64,000 nucleotides of DNA from NCBI GenBank assembly GCA_030704615.1, contig CM060734.1:62062001-62126000 (forward strand). The letters are read 5' to 3'. Source of the stretch: Takakia lepidozioides (taxonomy: Eukaryota; Plantae; Bryophyta). A program made the translations under genes and the position numbers. The notes beneath the pieces were generated by a model that searched no databases, was not told the DNA's origin, and was given only the letters and a program-made list of their open reading frames with translations. Below are positions 25,660-36,807 of this stretch, in pieces (position 1 is the stretch's first letter; the number at the start of each line of letters is the position of its first letter).

Positions 25660-26888
25660 CACTCTTAAAGAAAGAGTATTTCTGGCCTAAACTGAGGGAG
25701 GAGGCGGAGGAGTATGTCAAGACATGCACCACATGCCAACAAAACCGGAGCGAGTACAAAAAGCAAGCGGGGCTGTTACAACCCTTGCCGATTCCAGAGG
25801 GGACTTGGGAAAGCGTCTCGATGGATTTCATGATTGCTATGCCGCTGTCAAAAGGATTCGATGCAATCATGGTGGTGGTGGATAGGTTCAGTAAAATGGG
25901 TCATTTCATCCCCACCAAGGAGACGACAACGGCGCAGGAGACAGGGCGACTTTACTTCGCCCACGTCTTAAAGCATCATGGAGTCCCGAAGGATATTGTT
26001 TCGGACCGCGATCCAAAGTTTACGAGTAAATTTTGGAGGGCACTTTGGAAGAAGATGGGGACGAGGCTGAAGATGAGCACCGCCTTCCGACCTACGACCG
26101 ACGGCCAAACAGAAAGAGTGAATTCCGTAGTGAAGTAGATCTTGCGGAATTACGTGTCGGCAGACCAAACAGACTGGGTGGAACACTTAGACGCGGCAGA
26201 GTTCTGTTATAATAACATAGAACACTCCGCAACGGGAGTTTCCCCTTTCGTATTGGTCTATGGAAAAGCACCTCTGGTGCCGACAAGTTGGGCCGCCCAA
26301 GACGTTGAGGAACCGGCAGTAGCGGCAGTACTGGAAGAACGCGAGCGTTTGTTGAGGCTCGCAAAGTACAACATTGCCAAAGCTAGGAAACGGTATGAAA
26401 GGCAGGCGAATCGGAAGCGGAGGGAAGTGAAGTTTGAGGCAGGCACGGAGGTCTGGTTGAACATCAAGAATTTCCGACTACCTCCGGAAGTGAGTCCGAA
26501 GTTCGTACCTCCGTATGCGGGACCCTTTCGCATTCGGAAGGTTATGAATGAGGATGTGTATGAATTGGAGCTGTCGGCAAACAACAAGGTGCACCCAGTA
26601 TTCCATGTCTCCCTTTTGAAGCCTTACTTCAAAGATAAAGCGCGTCCGAATCGGCATCAAGTGTTGCGTCCGCCACCTATGCTGTTGGATCATGAAAATG
26701 AACCTGAGTACGAGGTGGAGGCAATACTTAAGTCGAGGAGGTTCAAGAACCGAGAAACGGAGTATCTCGTCAAATGGAAGGGCTATCATCATGTGGAGGC
26801 ATCTTGGGTGCGTGCCTCAGAAATGGGAAACGCATCCGAGGCGGTCGCAGCTTTCGAAGGGCGACCTCAAAAGCGGAAGAAGCGTTGA
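25660..26888 (+). mobile_element. Chromovirus integrase plus chromodomain (3' part of nested element)
   Basis: CTTCQQ Zn-finger end, VSMDF, VSDRDPKF, TDGQTERVN, GPF module, chromodomain YEVEAIL...YLVKWKGY...SW. One stop at 26136. Confidence 0.93.
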
Positions 26889-27793
26889 TGGGGACATCAA
26901 CCTTGGAGCGTGGGGGAGGAAATGCATGCTTAGCCCGGCTTAGCTAGCTTAGGAATCCGATTGCAAAAACTTGTATTGTACAAAACGTGCTATAAATGAA
27001 ATGGATTCCAAATGTTGTGCGTCCTATTTTGTTTGGAATGGTGATGCATGGTATGGTTGGCTAGTGTGTAGAATGCATGCTAGCTTATAAAAGTGGGAGA
27101 GGTAAATTGGGTTAATCGTGTGTTTGCATAGTGCCGAAATCGGGTGACCCCCATCCGAGGGGCAAGGAAACTTGCGCCTTCTTTGGGAGTTCACGTGCTA
27201 GTGCGTACCTGGCGCGTGCGCGTACTATAACTGCGCTACCGAGGGGGTTGCCTTGTAGTGCGGGCTAACGCGGAAGCTACGTGCTTCCGTTCACGTACTA
27301 TAATCGTATAGCCTCGGGACGAAGTCGTAGTGCGGCTTCGGCGTGTTCCCGTACCTCAGGCCAGCATTCCAAGGCGGACCCAATTGTAGTGATTGGGGCA
27401 CACGGTTGGTTCAAGGTTATCTTCCTAGTCAAAGAGGGTTCCAGGTGAACCCTTGCTCAAGGTGATGCCAAAAGCGGCATCATGAGCGGTCGCAAGCAAC
27501 GTTGTTGCAGTAAGGCGATCCGATCCTCGGGGAGGATCGTTCCTTGGCCTTGAAGTAGGCCAAGAAGAGTGCACTGGGAGGAGCTGGAGAGGCTCCACCC
27601 TTGGCCGGGACTTGGAGGAAGTCGGCCAAACTAGCTAGTGGAGAGTAGAGTCAAGTGTGGGGTTTGGTTCTTTGCCATGGGACGCCATGGTGCGGAAACA
27701 AACTCCTTGATGTGGGACGCCACAACTTGGATGTTCGTTTCTACAAAATGGAGAAGTCGATGAGGACATCGACTCCCTGTTGGTAGGGGTGTG

Positions 27794-28518
27794 TGTCGCG
27801 GCCCTTTGCCTTAAGGGCAGGGGGTCGGGACACATGAGGGGCTGCCCCTGTGGTGGGGGCAGCGGCAGCGATAGGTATGGGGGGCTGAAGCACCCTTGAG
27901 TGCCCAAGGCACTCAAGGAGGCGGAGGCGCTCACTAGGTGGAGCCCCGCACACCGGGTTGCGGTGGGGGTGGCTCCACAAGGGGTGGTGGTAGCTTAGCG
28001 GGACTTAGTGGGGGTGGCATAGGACTCACCATGGGGGCAGAGACCTCGTGGTGGGAGACGTGGGGAGTCTTGGGACTCATCACGGTCCATAGGGGTCGTG
28101 GTGAGTGGGCCAAGACTCACCGCGACTCATCACCGGGAGTCGAGGGTTTTCGTGGTGGTTCGCCATAAAATGGCATGGCTGGTTATGAAACCCCCGCGGA
28201 CAGCTACAGAAGTATATATAGGGAGTAGTAACACCGAGAACGGTGCAAGCCCGTTGGTGACCAAAAACTAGTGAGTAAGCGTGCGAGCCGGAAAGCGACC
28301 AAAGAGTGGGGAGCTGTTCCGGACTGCCATCTACCAAAGGGAATTCCACTAGGCCCAAATAGGTGGAGGGTTTAGTGGGAAGCGAAGGGGGACCGTTATG
28401 TCCCGGTGAGCAGCCGAAGCTCCAAGTTGGCCCGGCGGCCAAGTTGGGAGTCAGGCGCGCGCATCAAAGCGAGTATCTATGACTTGAAGGGGAGCTTACC
28501 GGAGTGAGGTGCGCGACA
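27794..28518 (+). repeat. 3' LTR (725 bp) of nested chromovirus
   Basis: TGTCGCG...CGCGACA termini, preceded by a G-rich PPT-like tract and followed by TGGGA (TSD). Confidence 0.92.
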
Positions 28519-31500
28519 TGGGAGGCATGGGATTCATGTGCGGAGCAGCACTACTACTAGTGCAAGTGGAGTCTGCTGCAGCCATGACTCGAGGAGCAGC
28601 ACGAGTTCCTGAGCCACGAGGTGTAGAGGTGGAATTGGATCCACAGCGTGGGGAGGCAAGCCGTCAGGCGAGGCTTCCTCAGTCACTCACATTGGCGGAG
28701 ACAGTGTCGACGCCATCCATGGCACCTAGTTCTCGCCCGACTGTTACCGAGGCGGAGGTTGCTATGTCATTGGGGGAGAGCTACACGTGCAGCACTGACA
28801 CCTGCTACCAAGGCTAGTGCAGCCGGTGTGTTATTGGGGGCAGCCACCTCTGTGTTTCAAGCCCCACTGTTCTCGGCAACCATGATTGCGACGCCAGGGG
28901 TAAGACCAGCTACAGTGTTCAGACTAGCAGCAACACTCTGCGAGAGTGGGGAAGTCACTTCATCTTCTGTGGAGTTACTGGAAGGTGTAGTGGCAGAGGG
29001 ATCCTCGGATTTGAGGGTCAAGACTGCCACGGCTGCGCCATGGCAAGCTGCAGCTGCCAGGTTGACGGAGCTGCCAGCTAGGCCAGCCTTTGAGCGCGCC
29101 ATGGTGACACCTGGAGTTGTCTTGTTAGACAACCAGGGAGGCATTTTCACTTTGAGTGGACCGGCAGGCAAGAAGTACCGGCCACTGTGGGTCTTGTTGG
29201 ACTCAGGAGCTCAGCCACTGATGTTGGGCAGAGCTGCTATTGCAGGTTTGGGCCTCATGGAGGCGGATATGGAGCCTTGTGCTTTCCAGATACAGACATC
29301 TCTGGGATGATCAGAGCAGGCTCGGGGCATGAAACGGCGTGAGTTGGCCATTGGACTACAACCAGATCATCCTGTAGATGGCTCAATGATACGAGCCAAG
29401 GCCATTGTCACAGAAGCAGTCTCTTACGATGTCCTTGTTGGTGGGGCAGTGTTATATCCCATGGGCTTCACCCTGGACTTTAGGGAGGAGTCAGCATCTT
29501 ACAGGCCTGGATTGCAGTCAGGGGATGGTCGTCGTGCACAGCTCCCTGTGACATTCATTGGGGGTATTGCGGCTGCCCAGTGGGGCAAGATGCCAACACT
29601 AGCCACCTTTACAGCTGCAGTTAGTTGGCCTGGAGAGTTGTTGGAAGGCAATACCCATGCAGAGGATGTGCCACCTCCAGCAGAGCAGGATGACATGCAT
29701 GGTATGGCGGAGTTGCCTGCCATGGTTGCATGGGGTACGAGCAAGGATTTGCAGCAGGCTGCTGATAGACGGGTACAACAAGCCTGGGTAGAGGCCTTCG
29801 TACTGTCAGGAGAAGAGGAGAGTGCGGTGATTGCACCAGATACACCTCAGTTGTCGCCATTGGACACCACACCTCTTGTGTGGCAGTGCCCGGATGAAGG
29901 CATATGCCTTCTGGACTTGTTTGGCGGGATCAGCACTGGATTGGCTGCAGTACTGCAGGCAGGTGTACGAGTTCGACGTTACCTGTATGTGGAGAGGGAT
30001 GAGACTGCACGACGTGTCTCACTGCGCCATGTTGCTCAGTTGGTACAGCAGTACCCTGATTTGTTGCCAGTGTCTGCAGTTCGTGGATACCAACAAGCCT
30101 TGCCAGCAGACATTTCGTTGTTGGGGGCGCAGGATTTGGAGCGGGTTGGCTCAATTGATCTGGTAGTGGCAGGTTGGCCTTGCTAAGGGCATTCATCAGC
30201 CGGGCATGACAATGGATTGCAAGACTCGAGGACAGGTCTGTTTTGGGAGATGGTGCGGATTTTGCGCCACTTACAGCTTCATCAAGTTGTATCTCCAGCA
30301 TACATCTTGGAGAATGTGTCACTGATGGGTGATTCTCGAGCCAGGGTGATGGCCAGTGTGCATCAAGTCCGGTCGTGGTTTGGGTCAGCAGTGTTGCTGG
30401 ATGCAGCTGCAGTGGGGTCATGGGCTCATCGTCCACGGCTATGGTGGACTAACTTGATGCCACCCGCACTGCTCAAGCGTGCATTTGATGGGGTGCAGCA
30501 GCCAGCACACCTCACAGTGGATAGCATTTTGGACACAGGGAGGCAGTCTCAACGTGTGAGACACGATGACCGTTCGCCTTTGGCAGTGGTCAACAGGGTG
30601 GGTCAACCACGAGCAACATTACCTACACTGCTCAGCTTCCTAGGATCCCATGCTTTTCGGGATGGTGGACCTGGCCTCTTGTGGGATAGCCAGTTGCAAC
30701 AATTAGTGGAGCCCAATGCTGACGAGCACGAGCGGGCGATGGGTTTTACCACAGGTACCACGGCGGTGCCATCTCTTTCTAAGGCATCACGTCGTCAGGT
30801 GTTGGGGCAAGCAATGGATCTCAATTGCTTGACCTGGATTATCAGCTTGGCTATGGCTGAGCAGCGCAGAGTACGGAGTACACTTCCCTTCATGGTCTCC
30901 CTGCCTACCGAGACGGTACAGGCAGCGAGTGGGGGTGAGCAGGTGAGGACCACGAGGTGCAGGCCGCATCCATGGCACACGTGGGAGGTGCTCGAGGTTC
31001 AGAAGGAGTTGGCAGCCAAGGCCGGCGGTGATGGATCAGGTTGGGGATTTTTCTCGGATTGAGGAGGTCCTCAAGGATGGGATGATGGGGCAGGATGAGA
31101 CATTGTCACTGACAGAGGAGGCAGTGGTCACTGCTCAAGAGGTTGCAGCATAACAACCACGGGACGCGTCTTCTACCTCTAAGCCTGCTGAACTCAAGGT
31201 TGCAGTCACGGAGGACAACTGGGAGCCTGATGTTGGACCTATAGTCACCGGAGGAGAGAGACAACGTATATGGCGGTTCTTGAGGGCTTACAGGAACTGC
31301 TTTGCCTTCAGTTTGAAGGACTTAGGAGCACTGAAGGGTCAAGAGATTCGCATTGAATTGGCTACTGACACGCCAATCTTTCGGAGACCCTATAGATACA
31401 GTGACATGGAGACTTGATTCAGATGAGAACTCAGGACCTTTGGGAGGCTAGTTTGGTGGAGTTATCTGGGGGAGAGTATGCTTCAGCCACAGTGATGTCA

Positions 31501-32583
31501 GCCAAGAAGGATGTCTTTGGCAATTGGACGGAGAGACGTATGTGCGGTGATTACCGGCCTGTAAATCGTCAGGCCAAGTCCGATAGGTATGCCATGCCAA
31601 CACCAGAGGAGATCTTTGATGCCATTGGGCATGCCAAGGTCTTTAGCACGTTGGATTTACGATCCGGATATCACCAGTTGCCGATCAAGGAGGCGGATAA
31701 GCAAAAGACGGCATTCTGGGGGATTAATGAGCACGGGAAGGATTGCCTATACCAGTGGCAGTTCTTACCATTTGGGCTTAAGAACGCTCCGGCAGAGTTT
31801 CAGAGAGTCATGGACAGGATTCTAGCAGGGGTGGAGTTTGCTCGGTGCTACATAGATGACATCATCATCTTTAGTGCTACGGTGGAAGAGCATGAGAGAC
31901 ACCTTCAGGGGGTATTTGAGCACTTGAGGGCGCACGGATTGAAGTTACATCCGGGAAAGTGCAAGTTTTTCCACAACCAGATTGAGTATCTGGGTCACAT
32001 GATATATCCTGGAGGATTGGGGGAGTTTCAGGCTTTGTGTGACAAGGCCTTGATAGACCACCGCACCACTTCTCGGGATCATCCTGAGGCCAATGGCTTG
32101 GCAAAGAGAGTTGTTCAGACAGTAAAGAGGGGTTTGCGCAAGTATGGCTTGCAGAAGGGACACCTAGGAGATTGGGACCTTCAGTTACCCTGGTTAGCCA
32201 TGGGCTACAGGTTCAGCAAGCAAGCATCACTTGCCTCCTTCTCACCATACTTTCTTCTCTTTGGCCGAGAGCCAGATTTGCCTACATCCATTCGCAGAGA
32301 AGCTGCTACAGTTCTTAACCTTGACGATCCGGACGTGTGGGCACGTGCATGTGAGCAGCGTGCAGAGTTGTTCAAGAAAGTCATGCCCATGGCTTTCGAG
32401 AACCTTGCCATTGCACAACATCGTGATACGTTGAGGTATGCTACCATACGTGGTGGGGGCTATCGTCTTGGGGTTCGGAGATTCAACCCTGGTGACTATG
32501 TTTATCTGCAGCAGACTGCTCCTACGACCTTGGATGTGACTGCAGGACGTACTATTTTGAAGGTTCGAGAGGTGTTGCCCTAG
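28519..32583 (+). mobile_element. Ty3/Gypsy pol of DNMT-carrying element: gag tail - protease - C5 DNA methyltransferase - RT - (deleted RNase H) - partial integrase
   Basis: Protease VLLDSGAQP...YDVLVG, MTase motifs, RT (RMCGDYRPVN, LDLRSGYHQ, LPFGLKNAP, YIDD), integrase C-half (HPEANGLAKR, SPYFLLFG). ORFs 28648, 29329, 30217 and 31414 are all in the same frame. Confidence 0.93.
29902..30870 (+). pseudogene. DNMT3-like C5-cytosine methyltransferase domain within pol (nonsense codon at 30184)
   Basis: Motif I LDLFGGIS, II YLYVE, III ADI, IV DLVVAGWPC, VI YILENV, VIII AHRPRLWWTNL, IX EHERAMGF, X RRQVLGQAM, in canonical order. Confidence 0.9.
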
Positions 32584-33626
32584 GATAGTGTGCTTAGATT
32601 GTGTGGTGGACAACGATGTATGTTGTGGCACGATGCTTAGGTGCACGACACATCATCTAGATACAATATTTGGTTCAATGAGCGCCCATCATAACCCTGA
32701 CCCCCCCCCCCCCCCCGGGTATATGCTAAATTTCTACTCCCACAGTAGACACTTCCGTGCCATTTGTATACTCAAGAATCCTCAAACGGTGACGTATTAT
32801 GTCGCCATGCAAAAATCCACACACCCCAAATCAGATTCTAATATTCCCAAACTATCACTCGAATACCGTCTATATACTAATATCATGGTATCATCTCTAG
32901 GCAAATCCTACACACCCATCAATAGATACCACATATTTACTCTATATTCCCACAGTCGTCACCCTCGCTCCACTCATACAATCAAGAAACGTACCACCAT
33001 GAGGTATCATATGGCTTTGGAAATACACCTGCCATACCTCCACTTCTCATCCACTCTTTTTCCACTAGTATCCCAAAACTTTTGTTCTTAGGCCCTATCC
33101 CCTACCCCACCCCCAGTGCCCACACTGTGATACTACCCTCGAACACTTTCTCCACTATCTATAACTCGATATTATCCTCCCCACAACCCCACACTACATA
33201 TATCTCGACCCTACCCCTAAATAAATCTTACATTTTCCACCACTCGACTCTATTATACAACACTCTTCGGCCCTCCCCCACTCCAACGCACCCGTTTCAG
33301 AACGCCATGATTGACCTCCACGTACACACATCGCCCACTAGTTCCACATCCCCAACCACAAACCCCTCTATCCACACAATCTGGCCACACCCCTCTCACC
33401 CCCACTTTCCCAACATCCCTTACCGGGGAATGCCTTGGCGTGAGCACAACCAAGCTCACGCCACATCACCAGCTGATTCGCCACATCACCGCTCGCACAC
33501 GCCATGTCACCAAGCTCCCATTGCGCTGAGGAAGAAACAGAGTGTATTTCCGTGGAATAACACCCTTCACCGCGGGAACACGCACGACTGCAAATTAACA
33601 GAATGTGGTCACTCCCCACTGAAAGT

Positions 33627-36600
33627 TGTTGGAAGTAATTAAACATATCTAGAAGACTAAAAGTCTTGAAGGCCAAAGGTTTAGAAGTCTAAGAGACTAT
33701 CTTGTTTAACTTACCTTTGGAAGGTGAATGGCTAGAAGGTGGATGGTCACCATAGTGGAAGTGGGAGTGACCAAGTAGGACTTTCTAGAGACCTTCTTGT
33801 ACAAGCTCGGGGGTGAAGCCACTAGTCTAAGTGTAAGAGTATGATGGTGGCTTCTATGGTTGGGAGGAGAGCTTTAGTTTTAGCTTTAGTCTAAGACTTT
33901 AGTTCTTGTTCATGTTCTCGCTCAATTCTAACATGGTATCAGAGCCATTCTTCTCTAGGTGAGAGTTGGTAGTTGAGATTGAGAGAACTTGATTATGGCT
34001 GGAGCGTCGTCCTCTAGCAATCCTCCTTCTATGTCTATGACGAGTGCATTAGATGTGAGAGTGGAAGATCGATTCAGTAGAGCTAACTATCAAACCTGGA
34101 AGTTTAGGATGGAGATGGTCCTTCTAGACAAAGATCTATGGGGAGTGGTTGATGGATCAGTCCCAAGACCTGACACTATTGTTGGCCAAGCCATATGGGA
34201 TAGGAAAGATCAGAAAGCAAGAGCTAGCATCATCACAAGCTTGAGAGACAATCAGTTGCATCTCATTATAAGTGCTAAGAATGCTAAAGATGTTTGGGGC
34301 AAGCTAGCAAGCATATATGAGACAAAGGATGTCACATCGCAAGTGTATGCGACGCAAAAGTTCTATGGTCTGAAGATGACCGAGTCAGACTCAGTTGAAC
34401 AACACTTGAATTTGTTTTGTGTGTTGCGAGATCAACTAGTCTCTGTGGGAACTAATGTGACTGATGAACACGCCACAGTGGTGTTATTGGCAACCTTACC
34501 TGAATCCTATGATGGTTTTGTGGTGTCTCTAGCAGGACAAACCAACTTAACTATTGATGTTGTCATAGGACTTCACCTCAATGAGGAAACAAGAAGAAAA
34601 GGTCAAGGTACGTCTACAGAGGTAGACAAAGCTTTGTTCACAGGCAAGACTGGAGTAGTCTTGAATAGAAGACTCCCTTCACATATGTCTCAGAAGTCCC
34701 AGAGGTTTCAGAAACCTCAATCTAGCTCAAAAATCAAAAAGGCCAAAGTGAGGTGCTTTTATTGCAAGAAACTTGGTCACATTATCAAGGATTGTAGAAA
34801 AGCGCATTGCATTGAAGATGTGCCAATTCTAAGGAGATCTCAGCGGGAAATGAAAGCTCCTAGTAGGCTGATTACATCTATGAGTGCCATTGAAGCTATG
34901 GAAGAAGCATCACAAGTGGTTGAGCCTGCTACATATGAGGAAGCGATGCGCTCTCCAGACAAACTACAATGGGAAGAAGCAATCAACTCAGAGTTGGATT
35001 CATTGATGCAAAACAAAGCATAGACACTCACTAGGTTGCCTGCAGGACGAAGAGCCATTGGTTGCAAGTGGATCTTCAAGTTGAAGTACAAAGCTGATGG
35101 ATCTATTTACCGGTACAAAACTCGTCTTGTAGCTAAAGGCTATGCACAAATTCAAGGAGTGGATTACAATGAAACCTTCTCACCAGTGGTGAAGATTTAT
35201 TCTATCAGAGTGTCGTTAGCTCTTGCACCTCAACATGATTACGAAGTTCATCAAATGGATGTTAAGACCGCATTTCTGAATGGAGAACTACAAGAAGAGA
35301 TCTACATGAGACAACCTAAAGGGTTTGTACAAGGAGGAAGTGATATTGTGTGTAAGCTGCAAAAAAGTTTGTATGGACTCAAACAAAGTCCTCGAGTTTG
35401 GTATGCTAGGATCGATGCTTACCTCTTAAAGGCAAGATTTGAGCGAAGCATTGCTTACACAAACATCTATGTGAAAAAGATGGGAGAACAATTTGTGGTC
35501 ATAGTTCTATATGTGGATGACACAATCATTGTCACCAACGATCATCAAAGGTTGTTGCCAGAAACCAAAGCACTGTTGAGTGTTGAGTTTGCCATGACTG
35601 ACATGGGTGAGATTCGGTTCTGTCTTGGTATTCAAATCAGCAGAGATCGAGTGAACCATACAGTATTCATGCATCAACGACAATACATTGAGACAATTCT
35701 ACAAAGGTTCAAGTTAGAGATGAGAAGCCAACATCAACTCCTCTCGAAGTTGGTTTGAAACTTACGAAGGATATGACACCTAAGACTCAAGAAAAACAAG
35801 AAGATATGAGGAAAATTCCTTATCAAAGCGCAGTCGGCAGTTTGATGTATTGCATGGTTTGTACTAGGCCAGACATTGCACATTCAGTGGGAGTGGTCTC
35901 ACAATTTCTTTCAAATCCCGGGCAAACCCATTGGAAAGCAGTGAAGAGGATATTTCGATATCTAAGAGGAACATCAACCTCTGGTCTACTCTACAAGAGA
36001 GTGGAAGATCCAAGTTTGTTGGGGTTTGCTGATGCTGACTGGGCAGGAGACGTTGATAGTAGAAAATCAACTTCAGGCCATTGTTTTCTCCTAGCAGGTG
36101 GAGCTGTATCTTGGTCTAGCAAACGACAAGTTGCAACAGCGTTGTCATCAACAGAATCTGAGTACATGTCCATTACACAAGCAGCAAATGAGGCTATTTG
36201 GTTACGGAAGTTGCTTGGAGATTTGGATCATCAACAATCACTACCTACGACTCTCTATTGTGACAATCAAAGTGCGATTGCACTAAGTTAGAATCCGAAG
36301 TATCATTCAAGGATGAAGCACATTGAAGTGCAACATCACTACATACAGGAAGTTGTATGCAAGGGAGAGATCAAGATGATCTATTGTGCTACAGGAGATA
36401 TGGTTGCGGATGTTTTGACGAAGAGTCTACCACAAACAAAACACATGAAGTGTTCAGCCTTACTTGGTATCTCTTCTCCAAAGACAAACGAAGTAACTCA
36501 ATGATATGGTTTAATTGAGTGGGAGTGTTGGAAGTAATTAAACATATCTAGAAGACTAAAAGTCTTGAATGCCAAAGGTTTAGAAGTCTAAGAGACTATC

Positions 36601-36807
36601 TTGTTTAACTTATCTTTGGAAGGTGAATGGCTAGAAGGTGGATGGTCACCATAGTGGAAGTGGGAGTGACCAAGTAGGACTTTCTAGAGACCTTCTTGTA
36701 CAAGCTCGGGGGTGAAGCCACTAGTCTAAGTGTAAGAGTATGATGGTGGCTTCTATGGTTGGGAGGAGAGCTTTAGTTTTTGTTCATGTTTCCGCTCAAT
36801 TCTAACA
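33627..36807 (+). mobile_element. Ty1/Copia LTR retrotransposon, internally deleted
   Basis: LTRs at 33627-33933 and 36526-36807 (TGTTGG...CTAACA). PBS TGGTATCAGAGC at 33934, PPT GAGTGGGAG, TSD AAAGT/AAAGC. Contains gag with CFYCKKLGHIIKDC, RT (QMDVKTAFLNG, YVDD) and RNase H (ADADWAG, CDNQSAI). Confidence 0.96.

Noticed and set aside
26923-28518. Single 1.6-kb LTR
   Set aside because: Similarity to the 5' LTR, the terminal inverted TGTCGCG/CGCGACA and the TSD define only 27794-28518.
29329-31062. Host DNMT3/DRM gene or bacterial restriction-modification MTase
   Set aside because: Intronless, with no separate start or regulatory domains and no restriction enzyme. It is in frame with the protease and RT.
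32588-33626. ORFs of 167 and 186 aa or the missing 3' LTR of the DNMT element
   Set aside because: Biased composition with no motifs, and no similarity to 6749-8964.
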